From the NCBI GenBank assembly GCA_963740995.1, contig CAVUGL010000004.1:297306-361305 (forward strand): DNA of 64,000 nt, written 5' to 3'. Positions 52,787 through 61,727 of the stretch are shown here, piece by piece (positions within the stretch are counted from its first letter, which is position 1; each line of letters opens with the position of its first letter). This DNA comes from an uncultured Solirubrobacterales bacterium (GTDB lineage Bacteria; Actinomycetota; Thermoleophilia; Solirubrobacterales; 70-9). The notes beneath the pieces are model-generated. The model was not told the DNA's origin and did not search any database. It saw only the letters and a program-made list of their open reading frames with translations. The translations under genes and the position numbers were made by a program.

Positions 52787-53500
52787 ATGGAGAGCGGCGG
52801 AGAAGACCGCGGCGCAGGCAAGGAGCCGCAGCGCCCACGCCGGACCACGATCTACTCCCTGATCGTGGGGATGGCCTTCATCGCCCTGATCGCGGTCGCC
52901 GGGATCAACACGATCTCGACGAAGAACAAGGGTGTCCTCGGCGCGACCAACGAAGGAGACATGCCGCTGGCTCAGTTCGCCCTCCCGGACGCCCGCACGG
53001 GCGCGAATGGCGACGCCAACATCGCCCAGGACGATTGCGACGCGGCGCGCATTCCCTGTCCCTCGAGCAGCCGGCGGACGCCGGCGTGCCAGGTCGATGT
53101 TCCCGGCGCGATCCGGGTCTGCGATTTCTTCGACAAGCCCCTGGTCCTGTCGTTCTGGTTCACGCGCGGTGGCGACTGCGAGAACGAGGAGGACGTCTTC
53201 GAGGACGCCTACCGGAGGTACAAGAGCGAGGTCAACTTCCTCGCTGTGGACGTCCGTGACAGCACTTCGGAGGTCCAGAAGCTGATCCGAGAGCACCACT
53301 GGACCCACCCCGTGGGCCTTGACCGCGACGGGGCGCTCTCCAACCTCTATCGCGTCGGAGGGTGTCCGACCTTCGTTTACGCATACCCCGGCGGCATCAT
53401 GCACGCCACCTCGATCGGCCAGCTCGACGACCAGGCGTTCTACGCGAAGATCAACGACCTGATTGCAGCGTCCCAGCGAAGGGCCGAGACTCTGCGCTGA
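52787..53500 (+). CDS. TlpA/ResA-like thioredoxin-fold protein with N-terminal TM anchor and non-canonical active site
   Basis: 237 aa. PLVLSFWFTRGGDCENE occupies the position of W-C-x-x-C, and cis-Pro VGGCPTFVY is present. Confidence 0.65.
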   Translation: MESGGEDRGAGKEPQRPRRTTIYSLIVGMAFIALIAVAGINTISTKNKGVLGATNEGDMPLAQFALPDARTGANGDANIAQDDCDAARIPCPSSSRRTPACQVDVPGAIRVCDFFDKPLVLSFWFTRGGDCENEEDVFEDAYRRYKSEVNFLAVDVRDSTSEVQKLIREHHWTHPVGLDRDGALSNLYRVGGCPTFVYAYPGGIMHATSIGQLDDQAFYAKINDLIAASQRRAETLR

Positions 53501-54156
53501 TGGCGAAGTTGCCGGACGAATGGGAGGTGGCACCTGAACCGGGCTGGATCGAGCCCGTCCTCGCGGAGGAATTCCCGGGCCTCTCGATCGTCTCTACGGC
53601 CGTCGAAGCCACGACCGGACGCAGCCCCGAGGCGCTCAAGGAGCAACTGCGGGTGCTCAGCGACCGGATCGGTGGGCCGCAGGCGATCCAGCTGCGCCAG
53701 AAGCCGATTCCCTGGGCCTACCGCGTCTTCTTCCGGCACATCGGGCTCGATCCCGACACGACCCGCACCCCGATCGAGCAGCTGATCTTCGAGCGCATAC
53801 ACGATGGCCGCTTCAAGAGCCGCGGCAGGGTAGACGACGCGCTCACGATCGCGATGGTCGAGGTCGGGGTCGCGCTGCGCGCCTTCGACGCGGATCGAGT
53901 CGACGGCCGTGTCGGCCTGCGGCTCTCGGCGGAGGGCGAGGGGTTCGAGGGACGGGTCTCGCCGCTTCCGGATGGGACCATCGTCGTCGCCGATGAGAAG
54001 CGCGCACTGGGGATCCTGTTCGACCGCACCGCAGAGGGCCGGGCCGTGAAGCGGGTAACGGGTCGGGTCCTGCTGGTGGCGGTCGGCGTGCGAGGTGTGC
54101 CGGATATCGCCATGGAGGAGGCTCTATGGGTGGCACACAGCGCCTTGCGCGCGTAG
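53500..54156 (+). CDS. B3/B4 tRNA-binding-domain protein
   Basis: The ATG overlaps the upstream TGA. IPWAYRVFFRHIGLDPDTTRTPIEQLIFERI and DDALTIAMVEVGVALRAFDAD. Confidence 0.6.
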   Translation: MAKLPDEWEVAPEPGWIEPVLAEEFPGLSIVSTAVEATTGRSPEALKEQLRVLSDRIGGPQAIQLRQKPIPWAYRVFFRHIGLDPDTTRTPIEQLIFERIHDGRFKSRGRVDDALTIAMVEVGVALRAFDADRVDGRVGLRLSAEGEGFEGRVSPLPDGTIVVADEKRALGILFDRTAEGRAVKRVTGRVLLVAVGVRGVPDIAMEEALWVAHSALRA

Positions 54157-54179
54157 ACTGGGGTGCAGAGGAGGACTTG

Positions 54180-54995
54180 ATGACGGAGGAGCTGCTCGAA
54201 CGTCTCGAGGTTCCCGAGGTGCTCATCGCGCCCGATGAGGACCTGGTGCCGCCGGCCCCACCTGAGGGCCTCGACACAGTCCTCTACGAGCACGACGAGC
54301 GGGCCGCCCGCGCCGACCTGCGCCGGCAGATCGCCCTCATGGAGCTGGTCCTGGCCAGGCTGTTCGGCTCGGCCTTCTCGCGCAAGGGAATCGACTTCTC
54401 GGTTCGCGGGATGGGCGGGCCCCGGCTGCTCTCGGTGGACGAGCTCGAGCAGCTGCGTGACTCGCTGGCCACCCGCATCCAGGAGGTCAGGACGGGCCTG
54501 CACGACCACGCGCTCGTCGAGGAGGCGAACCGTGAGCTGATCGAGCAGATGACTGCAGATCCGGCGTCGCACAAGTGGGTTCGCGTCTACAACGAGGACA
54601 TCGGCGAGCCCGGCTGCAAGAACTGGCATGCGAAACCGAAGTGGGGCCTGCTCGGCATGCTGCTCGGCTGGTGGCGGGTCAAGATCTCCTCCGGTTGCCC
54701 CTTAGCCGAGGGGCTTCGGCCCCCTGAATCTCGATGGCGACGAAGCGACAGCGCCGCAAGCGGCGCCGCGAGCGTGGGCCGGGCGCACCCGCCCGACCGG
54801 CGCCGCCGGTCGCGGACGCGAGCGGGTCAGGAACGTCGGCATCGGGATCGGCGGCGGGCCCCGCTCGCGCAACGCGATCGGCTAGCAGACGGGCGGGCGC
54901 GCCCGACCCGCCCTCGGCACTCTGGGGCAGCTTCCCGCTCACGGAGATCGTCATCTTCATCGGCCTCGTCCTGCTGGTCGTCGGCTTCTTCGTGA
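54180..54995 (+). CDS. hypothetical protein; 3' end doubtful
   Basis: MTEELLERLEV...KWGLLGMLLGWWRVKISSGCPLAEG. The frame then runs on as Arg-rich text for about 260 nt into the next, credible gene. A stop was probably lost or shifted near 54700..54730. Confidence 0.4.
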   Translation: MTEELLERLEVPEVLIAPDEDLVPPAPPEGLDTVLYEHDERAARADLRRQIALMELVLARLFGSAFSRKGIDFSVRGMGGPRLLSVDELEQLRDSLATRIQEVRTGLHDHALVEEANRELIEQMTADPASHKWVRVYNEDIGEPGCKNWHAKPKWGLLGMLLGWWRVKISSGCPLAEGLRPPESRWRRSDSAASGAASVGRAHPPDRRRRSRTRAGQERRHRDRRRAPLAQRDRLADGRARPTRPRHSGAASRSRRSSSSSASSCWSSASS

Positions 54996-55279
54996 CACCG
55001 CCGCAGGGCTTCGTGATGATCGCGGTCGGGCTGGGGCTCGGTTCGCTCGCCGGCCTGGAGCTCGCCATCCGCGAGCATTTCGCCGCCTACCGCTCCCACA
55101 ACCTGGTGCTCGCAGCGGCGATCGGGGTCCCCGTCTTCGGGGCGCTCTTCGTCTTGACGAAGCTGAGCCCGGCGGTCTGTGCCGCCGCCGGGCTGCTGGC
55201 GTTTGGGGGCGCCGCCTGGCTCTTCGCTTCGGCATTCCGCCGCCGCTCTGGCGGCGCCCTCTATCGCCTCAAGGGGTGA
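54734..55279 (+). CDS. hypothetical membrane protein (basic N-terminus, 4 TM)
   Basis: 181 aa: MATKRQRRKRRRERG... followed by TEIVIFIGLVLLVVGFFV, VMIAVGLGLGSLAGL and further TM segments. Confidence 0.6.
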   Translation: MATKRQRRKRRRERGPGAPARPAPPVADASGSGTSASGSAAGPARATRSASRRAGAPDPPSALWGSFPLTEIVIFIGLVLLVVGFFVTPPQGFVMIAVGLGLGSLAGLELAIREHFAAYRSHNLVLAAAIGVPVFGALFVLTKLSPAVCAAAGLLAFGGAAWLFASAFRRRSGGALYRLKG

Positions 55280-55309
55280 GTTACCCGCCGGCCTCCTCCG
55301 GCGACCCGC

Positions 55310-55603
55310 CTAGTTCAGCCTCGCCAGCTTGGCTTCGAGCGCGTGCACGAGGATCCGGCGCTGGCGCTCGGTCAGGCTGCCGACCTTCTTGCCTTCGCTG
55401 ATTGCGGTCGAGGAGAGCAGCTTTCGAGAGCGGGCGCGTCCCCAGCGCCGCTGGCTGCAGAGGAGCTCGCTGAGGCTCATGCTGTCGGCCTCCCATGGGG
55501 AATCAACGATCACGTCGATGACACTGTGGCGGCCGGCGCCGATCGCGCGCTTGAGCTCGGCGCGGGCGAGGCGGACCTTGTTGGCGCGGGCAAGGGCCTG
55601 CAT
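55310..55603 (-). CDS. mihF: actinobacterial integration host factor (mIHF-like)
   Basis: The internal ATG at 55603 gives MQALARANKVRLARAELKRAIGAG...MSLSELLCSQRRWGRARSRKLL...VGSLTERQRRILVHAL, resembling the mIHF layout. Confidence 0.6.
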   Translation of the reverse strand: MQALARANKVRLARAELKRAIGAGRHSVIDVIVDSPWEADSMSLSELLCSQRRWGRARSRKLLSSTAISEGKKVGSLTERQRRILVHALEAKLARLN

Positions 55604-55960
55604 GCACTGGTCGGTTCCTCGCCGTCTCGGCTCTGAATCGGTCTGGGGTTCGACGATCGTAGGCTCGATCCGCCGATTGGGGAATTGGCAGTGGGCGGGC
55701 AGGGGCAATCGTCGAAGCAGCGGACATCGGTTCTCCCTCCTGCTAGATCAGGAATGGTTTTGGCGGGCTTGGTTGCGGCCGGCGGCCCCCAATTGCTCTT
55801 TTTTGAGCCGGGGGAAGTGGACGGTCCTCTCCTACATCGTTCCCGTCCGCTCCCTGCCCCGGAAGCGCGCGGCTCGGCGAAACCTACACTTCTGCGGCGC
55901 CGAGGGTCAACACCCGAAAAATCATCCCGTTCGCTAAGAGCAGATGTTTTGTCGGACGGG

Positions 55961-55983
55961 CCGATCGACTGTCCATCGATCGG
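55961..55983. other. 8-bp-stem hairpin CCGATCGA-CTGTCCA-TCGATCGG flanked by GTTTTG/CAAAAC
   Basis: Lies in a 330-bp gap downstream of the oxoamine synthase and upstream of mihF. It could be a terminator or an operator. Confidence 0.3.
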
Positions 55984-56032
55984 GCAAAACTTCTTCTGCT
56001 ACCCGGACACGGCAGCGCGAAACCTTCGGACT

Positions 56033-57316
56033 TCAGCCCGTCGGCAGGTCCGGGAAACGGCCCTTCACGTCCGCGATGATCTCGAGGGCACGATCGAGAT
56101 GCTCGCGCTCGTGGGTCGCCATCAGGCTGGTCCGGAGGAGAGCGCCGCCCGGCGGGACGGCTGGGTGGAGGGCGACGTTGGTGTAGACGCCGGCCTCGAA
56201 GAGTGCCTTCCAGAGCAGGACGGCCTGCCAGTCCTCTCCGACGATCACCGGGACCACCGGGGTGGTCGCCTCTGAACCATCCGGCAGCGTGCCGGGCTCG
56301 ACGACACGCAAGCCCAGATCCCGGAAGCCCTGCCGGAGATATGCGGCGTTGTCCAGCAGCCGGGCCATCAGCTCCGGCCCCTCGGCGCGGATGATCCGCA
56401 GCGCCCCGAGAGCCGCGCCGACTGCGGCGGGCACCGCGGAGGCGCTGAAGATGAATGACCGTGACGAGATCCGGAGGTACTCGATGACCTCCTCCGAGCC
56501 GGCGATGAAGCCGCCGCAGGAGGCGAGGCTCTTGGAGAAGGTGCCCATACGAAGGTCGACCTCGTCCTCGAGCCCGAACAACTCGGACGCTCCGGCGCCG
56601 CGCTTCCCGAGCACCCCGACCCCGTGCGCCTCGTCCACCATCAGCCTGGCCCCGAAACGCCTGCAGAGCTCGACGATCGGCGGCAGGTCGCAGACGTCAC
56701 CCTCCATCGAGAAGACGCCGTCGACCACCACCAGCGTTCCGCTCCCATCGGCGACCGCACGCTCCAGCATCGTCTCCAGCTTGTCCATCCGGTTGTGGCG
56801 GAAGGGGCGAAGGCGGGCACCGGAGAGCTTGCAGCCGTCCAGGATCGAGGCGTGGTCGCCCGAATCGCAGATGACGGTGTCGCCGGGCTCGAGGATCGCG
56901 CTGATCGCGCCCAGGTTCGACTGGTAACCGGTCGTGTAGACGATGCAGTCCTCGGTCCCCATCCAGTCGGCGAGCTCGCGCTCCAGCTCGACATGCATCG
57001 GAGTGGTGCCGTTGAGCAGGCGCGACCCGGTGAAGCCGGTCCCGTATTGCTCGAGCGCGTCGCGAGCGGCCTGCTTCACCCGCTCGTCGGTGGTCAGCCC
57101 GAGGTAGTTGTTGGAGCCGAGCATGATCGTCTCTCGTCCCTCCATCTCCACCACGGGCCCGGCCTGGGACTCGAGGATCCGGAAATAGGGGAGGAGGTCG
57201 CCCTGCTTGGCGGCTTCGAGTTGCTCGACCCGGTCATGGGTGCGGGCCTTCTCAAAGACATCCACGGGGGTCCGGGCGGACTGGGACGTGCCGGACATGC
57301 CCCCGAAGTCTCGCAC
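56033..57316 (-). CDS. PLP-dependent alpha-oxoamine synthase (serine palmitoyltransferase/KBL/BioF family; SPT-like)
   Basis: 427 aa: IMLGSNNYLGL, GSRLLNGT, HASILDGC, FRHN, VDEAHGVG, GTFSKS (Lys), LLRTSLMATH. The start may be 57298. Confidence 0.85.
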   Translation of the reverse strand: MRDFGGMSGTSQSARTPVDVFEKARTHDRVEQLEAAKQGDLLPYFRILESQAGPVVEMEGRETIMLGSNNYLGLTTDERVKQAARDALEQYGTGFTGSRLLNGTTPMHVELERELADWMGTEDCIVYTTGYQSNLGAISAILEPGDTVICDSGDHASILDGCKLSGARLRPFRHNRMDKLETMLERAVADGSGTLVVVDGVFSMEGDVCDLPPIVELCRRFGARLMVDEAHGVGVLGKRGAGASELFGLEDEVDLRMGTFSKSLASCGGFIAGSEEVIEYLRISSRSFIFSASAVPAAVGAALGALRIIRAEGPELMARLLDNAAYLRQGFRDLGLRVVEPGTLPDGSEATTPVVPVIVGEDWQAVLLWKALFEAGVYTNVALHPAVPPGGALLRTSLMATHEREHLDRALEIIADVKGRFPDLPTG

Positions 57317-57334
57317 CTTGTACGGTGCGCGGCC

Positions 57335-58468
57335 GTGCCAGGCTCAATCGAGGTAAGGCCCACCCATGGCCGCGCCGAGCTCACCAAGTTCATCAAGCTG
57401 CCCTTCCGCCTTCACAAAGGCACTCCCTGGGTCCCGCCCCTGCTCTACGAGCGGCGCGAGTTCCTCAACAAGGAGAAGAACCCCTACTTCAACCACGCGG
57501 AGGCCGAGTACTTCCTGGCCTGGCGCGACGGTGAGCCGGTCGGCCGCATCACCGCCCAGGTCGACCGCCGCTGGGACCAATTCCAGGGCGGGAGCGACGG
57601 TCAATTCGGCTTCATCGATGCCGACGACGACCCGGAGATCTTCGAGGCCCTCCTCGGCGGCGCTGAGGACTGGGTCCGCCAGCGGGGGCGCGAGCGCCTG
57701 GTCGGCCCGATGGACTTCACGACCAACGACGAGTGCGGGATCCTGATCGAGGGGTACGAGAGGCACCCCTACATCCTGGAGCCGTGGCACCCGCCCTACT
57801 ACAAGGAGCGAATCGAGGCGCTTGGCTACGGCAAGACGATGGACCTGCTCATGTGGAACCTCGAGATGGGCGGCCTGAAGAAGGGCGATGCGTTCGCCGA
57901 CGCCATCCACGCGGTCGCCGACAAGGTCGAGTCAGAGCACGGAATCACGGTCCGGAACATGAACAAGCGGGATCTGGAGACCGAGATCGCCCGCTTCATG
58001 GAGGTCTACAACTCGGCATGGGAGAAGAACTGGGGCTTCGTCCCGATCACTGACGAGGAGGTCGCCTTCCAGGCGAAGAACCTGAAGCAGGTGCTGGACC
58101 CGCGTTGGGCCTTCATCGCCGAGCGCGATGGCGAGATCCTCGGCGCCGCGCTGACCCTCCCGGACATCAACCAGGTGACCAGGAAGATGAACGGACGCCT
58201 GCTTCCCTTCGGCTGGTTGCGGTTCCTGCTCGGCAAGCGGAAGATCGACCGCGTCCGCGTCTTCGCCCTCGGGGTCAAGCCCGAGTACCAGCACACCGGG
58301 ATCGCGGCCCGCTTCTACGTCCGCCACATCGAGACCGCCGCGGAGGTCGGCGTGACGGGCGGTGAGGAGGGTTGGATCCTCGAGGTCAACGAGCCGATGA
58401 ATCGCGCCATGGAGGGGATGGGCGGCACGATCGTGAAGCGCTACCGGCTCTACGAAAAGTCGCTCTAG
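57335..58468 (+). CDS. large GNAT-family N-acyltransferase (about 377 aa)
   Basis: The in-frame GTG at 57335 gives VPGSIEVRPTHGRAELTKFIKLPFRLHKGTPWVPPLLYERREFL. Also VFALGVKPEYQHTGIAARF. The track ORF 56624.. is antisense over-extension. Confidence 0.7.
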   Translation: MPGSIEVRPTHGRAELTKFIKLPFRLHKGTPWVPPLLYERREFLNKEKNPYFNHAEAEYFLAWRDGEPVGRITAQVDRRWDQFQGGSDGQFGFIDADDDPEIFEALLGGAEDWVRQRGRERLVGPMDFTTNDECGILIEGYERHPYILEPWHPPYYKERIEALGYGKTMDLLMWNLEMGGLKKGDAFADAIHAVADKVESEHGITVRNMNKRDLETEIARFMEVYNSAWEKNWGFVPITDEEVAFQAKNLKQVLDPRWAFIAERDGEILGAALTLPDINQVTRKMNGRLLPFGWLRFLLGKRKIDRVRVFALGVKPEYQHTGIAARFYVRHIETAAEVGVTGGEEGWILEVNEPMNRAMEGMGGTIVKRYRLYEKSL

Positions 58469-58470
58469 TC

Positions 58471-58533
58471 GGCTTCGCCATCAGATCGCGGCCACGAGCG
58501 GCCGCCCCACATAAGTCGCTGCGACTTCGCCGC
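58471..58533. repeat. intergenic repeat element, copy 2
   Basis: GGCTTCGCCATCAGATCGCGGCCACGAGCGGCCGCCCCACATAAGTCGCTGCGACTTCGCC. Shares a 22-nt identical core with 34416..34483 and also lies between convergent genes. Confidence 0.7.
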
Positions 58534-58561
58534 CGCTCCGAGATACAGCGGCTGGTGGCCG

Positions 58562-59008
58562 CTAACGCTCGTAGACCCCGACCAGGCGGGCATCGGCGAG
58601 GACGTGTCCTTCGAGCGCCTGCTTGATCTGCTCCCTGTTCGCGGTCGCGTCCAGTTGGAGCGGCGAGTCGAGCGCGTAGAGCTGGTGGAAGTAGCGATGC
58701 GCGCCATGCCCGGGCGGCGGGCAGGGACCCATGTAGCCGACCTCGCCCCGCCCGTTGACACCCTCGCCGGGGGCCGAGGTGCCCTCGTCCAGGTGACCGG
58801 GCTCCGGGTCGATGTTCCAGGCGATCCAGTGGGTGAAATCGCCGGAGGGCGCGTCGGGATCGTGAACGACCAGTGCCAGCGACTCCGTTCCGGTTGGGAG
58901 ACCCTCCCAGGCGAGCGGCGGTGAGACGTTCTCGCCGTCGCAGCTGTACCTCTCGGGGATCGCCTCACCGTCATCGAACGCGTTGCTTGTCAGCTCCAGG
59001 TCGGGCAT
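58562..59008 (-). CDS. YbhB/YbcL-family PEBP (Raf kinase inhibitor-like) protein
   Basis: 148 aa: LVVHDPDAPSGDFTHW and GPCPPPGHGAHRYFHQLYAL. Confidence 0.88.
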   Translation of the reverse strand: MPDLELTSNAFDDGEAIPERYSCDGENVSPPLAWEGLPTGTESLALVVHDPDAPSGDFTHWIAWNIDPEPGHLDEGTSAPGEGVNGRGEVGYMGPCPPPGHGAHRYFHQLYALDSPLQLDATANREQIKQALEGHVLADARLVGVYER

Positions 59009-59081
59009 TTCCTCGTTATTGCGCCGGTTCCCTGCAGCGCACCGGTCGAAACCATGGGAGGGGTCTTGACTCGTTACTAGG

Positions 59082-59372
59082 ATGCCCTGGATGGCCGAGA
59101 ACGTGGAGGCGAGAGAGGAACTGGTGGAGGCGGAGCCCGTTCGGCCCCTGCCGGTTCGAGCTCAAACCGGAACGATCGAGATCTGGGGCCGGGAGTTCGG
59201 CCCCCTTGCCGTCGCGGCCGCCGGCGGAGCGGCCGCCGGCGTGGCGGTCGTCGCCGTCGCGCGCGCGGCTCGCTCGCCGAGGCGCCCGCCGCGCCGCGGG
59301 CTCTTCCGCCGCCGCGAGAAGGTCGTCGCCAGTCGCAGCTTCCTGGTCGACGTTCACGTCCTCGGGCGCTGA
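59082..59372 (+). CDS. hypothetical small protein with one TM segment
   Basis: 96 aa with no family recognised. It lies immediately upstream of the glycosylase gene. Confidence 0.3.
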   Translation: MPWMAENVEAREELVEAEPVRPLPVRAQTGTIEIWGREFGPLAVAAAGGAAAGVAVVAVARAARSPRRPPRRGLFRRREKVVASRSFLVDVHVLGR

Positions 59373-59374
59373 GC

Positions 59375-60358
59375 GTGGTCATCGAGGAGCGGGTGATGCC
59401 CCGCTGGCCCTATCGGCTCCGTCGTTCGCCGGGTCGCGACGGAGTCACCCGCTCCCGTGGAGGGGTGCTCGAGCGCTTCATGCACGTCGACCGCGTGCCG
59501 CTGCGGGCCAGGGCCTGGCAGACCCGGGATGGCTTCGTCCACATCCGCGCGGAGTCGATCGATCCCGGAGTCGTTGAACATCCGGACGAGGTGGCCCATC
59601 TCGTCGCGGACGACATCCGACCGGCGGGCGAACCCGAGCTGGACGTCGCGATCGAGCGGATCCGATTCTCACTGGCGGTGGAGGAGGAGATGGGTGGCTT
59701 CTACGAGACCTTCAAGCGCGATCCGCTCCTTGGCCCCACGATTCATCGGCGGCCCTGGGTACGGCCGCGGCGCCGGCCCTGGCCGTGGGAGGCGCTCTGC
59801 TGGGCGATCACCGAGCAGCTGATCGAGGGCTCGAGGGCCGCGGCGATCCAGCGCCGGATCGTTCGCCGGTGGGCCCCGAGCCACCTTCCGGCCGACCACC
59901 CGCCACCGCGGGCGCGCCGCGACCCCTGGCCGCTCCGCGACGTGCCGTCCGCGACCGTGATCGCCGGCCGGGCCCCCGCCGAGCTCGCCTCGATGGACCT
60001 GAGCCAGGGGCGCTCGCTGGCGATGGTGCGCTGCGCACGGGAGGTCGCTCGCGGCCGCGCTCGCCTCGCCAATCCCAGCGGCGACCGGCGTCTCCTCGAG
60101 ATCACCGAGATCGGGCCCTGGACGATCCAGTGCCTCGGCCTACACGGGCGCGGCGACCCGGATTCGTTGCCGGCGGGCGACCTCGCCTACGTGAAGCTGG
60201 TGGGCCATCTGGCCGGCCTGGGTCGCCGGGCGACGGTTGAGGAGGTCGAGGAGTACTTCGCGCCGTACGCGCCCTACCGCGGGCTGGCGGGGACCTTCGC
60301 GCTGGCCGGCTGGCACAAGGCGATGGGAGCGGGTCCACCCGCCCGTCTTGCCGCCTAG
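59375..60358 (+). CDS. DNA-3-methyladenine glycosylase II-like (HhH-GPD, AlkA family)
   Basis: 327 aa: LLEITEIGPWTIQCLGLHGRGDPDSLPAGDLAYVK (HhH plus Asp). Confidence 0.75.
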   Translation: MVIEERVMPRWPYRLRRSPGRDGVTRSRGGVLERFMHVDRVPLRARAWQTRDGFVHIRAESIDPGVVEHPDEVAHLVADDIRPAGEPELDVAIERIRFSLAVEEEMGGFYETFKRDPLLGPTIHRRPWVRPRRRPWPWEALCWAITEQLIEGSRAAAIQRRIVRRWAPSHLPADHPPPRARRDPWPLRDVPSATVIAGRAPAELASMDLSQGRSLAMVRCAREVARGRARLANPSGDRRLLEITEIGPWTIQCLGLHGRGDPDSLPAGDLAYVKLVGHLAGLGRRATVEEVEEYFAPYAPYRGLAGTFALAGWHKAMGAGPPARLAA

Positions 60359-60739
60359 TCAGGCCTGGCCGGTTTCGAAGCGGCTGATTTTGCCGTCCTC
60401 GACGATGAACGTCCAGTTGGTGAGCATCGTGCCGTAGGTCGAGTTCGTGTAGCTGACTACGAGCGAGCGCCCGTCCTCCGACTGCGAATCGACCTCCATG
60501 CGGCCATCCGAGGAGAAGATCTCCCGATCCACCCACTCCCCGAGGTTCCGCTCCGAGCCGTCATCGGACATCGTTGCCCCGGGAGCCAGCAACTCGAAGA
60601 AGGCGTCGCGGTCGCCCGCGTTGACCGCCTCGACAAAGGCACGAACAACGGGATCCGCGAGGTCATCGGGCACCGGCACCCGTCCGAACCTAACACCGAC
60701 CGGGTTAGGTCTGGCGTGTCGCGGGTAGCGCAGAACCAT
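60359..60739 (-). CDS. NTF2-like/SnoaL-fold protein
   Basis: 126 aa: VVRAFVEAVNAGDRDAFFELLAPGATMSDDG...WTFIVEDGKISRFE. Confidence 0.65.
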   Translation of the reverse strand: MVLRYPRHARPNPVGVRFGRVPVPDDLADPVVRAFVEAVNAGDRDAFFELLAPGATMSDDGSERNLGEWVDREIFSSDGRMEVDSQSEDGRSLVVSYTNSTYGTMLTNWTFIVEDGKISRFETGQA

Positions 60740-61727
60740 GCGGTACTTCTACGGGGCGGCCCATGAGCAGTTCCCACCCGAGGACCTGCTCGAGCAGGCG
60801 GTCGAGAGCGAGCGCGCCGGGTTCGACGGCGTCGCCTGCAGCGATCACCTGCAGCCCTGGTGGGAGCCGGGAGAGGCGGGAAACGCCTGGGTCTGGCTGG
60901 GCGCGGTCGGGCAGGCGACGGAGAGCCTTGCCCTGGGCACGGCGGTCACGCCGCCCGGGCCCCGCTACCACCCCGTTCTCATAGCGCAAGCGTGGGCGAC
61001 CCTGGAGCGGATGTTCCCGGGCCGTCCCTTCATCGGCATAGGTTCGGGCGAGTCACTGAACGAGTCCCCGCTGGCCGCGATCTGGCCGTCGGTGCCAGAG
61101 CAGGTCGAGCGTATGGAAGAGGGACTCGAGATCATCAGCCGGCTCTTCGACGGTGAGCGCCGCTCTTACGACGGGCGCCACTTCGAGACCAACGAGGCGA
61201 TCCTTCACACCCGCCCGAACCGCCGGCCGCCGATCTACGTCTCCGCCTTCGGACCGAAGGCGGCGGGGGTCGCGGCCAGGTGGGCGGATGGACTGTGGAC
61301 CCTCGCCGATCCCGAGTCGGCGCCGGACGTGATCGAGGCGTACAAGGGCGCCTGCGACGACGCGGGCAAGGAGCCCGGAGAGATCGTGCTGCAGGCGCAG
61401 TTCGCCTGGGCGGAGGATGACGACGCCGCGTTCGAGGGCGCCCGCGTCTGGAAGGGAGCCCAGCCCGACGAGTTCTACACGGACGACTGGCATGACCCGC
61501 GCAAGATGTACGAGGAGGGCGAGAGGCAGATCTCCGACGACGACCTCAAGGAGGCGCTGATCATCTCGTCAGACCCCGAGGTCCACGCGGACCGAATCCG
61601 CGAGGCGGAGCGGCTCGGAGCGACCACGATGAGCCTGATGAACTGCTCCGGTGCGGATCCTCACCGGGCCATCGAGGTGTACGGCAGCAAGGTGCTGCCG
61701 GCCCTCGCGAAGACCACCGCCCGCTAG
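60738..61727 (+). CDS. luciferase-like (LLM class) F420-dependent oxidoreductase, G6PDH-related subgroup
   Basis: 329 aa: FDGVACSDHLQPWW, LGTAVTPP, GIGSGESLNE. Confidence 0.8.
   Translation: MRYFYGAAHEQFPPEDLLEQAVESERAGFDGVACSDHLQPWWEPGEAGNAWVWLGAVGQATESLALGTAVTPPGPRYHPVLIAQAWATLERMFPGRPFIGIGSGESLNESPLAAIWPSVPEQVERMEEGLEIISRLFDGERRSYDGRHFETNEAILHTRPNRRPPIYVSAFGPKAAGVAARWADGLWTLADPESAPDVIEAYKGACDDAGKEPGEIVLQAQFAWAEDDDAAFEGARVWKGAQPDEFYTDDWHDPRKMYEEGERQISDDDLKEALIISSDPEVHADRIREAERLGATTMSLMNCSGADPHRAIEVYGSKVLPALAKTTAR

Noticed and set aside
55281-55310. Hairpin CCGCCGG-CCTCCT-CCGGCG between the membrane-protein gene and mihF, considered as a terminator.
   Set aside because: It is short, has no U-tract on either strand, and is indistinguishable from chance GC-rich palindromes in this genome.
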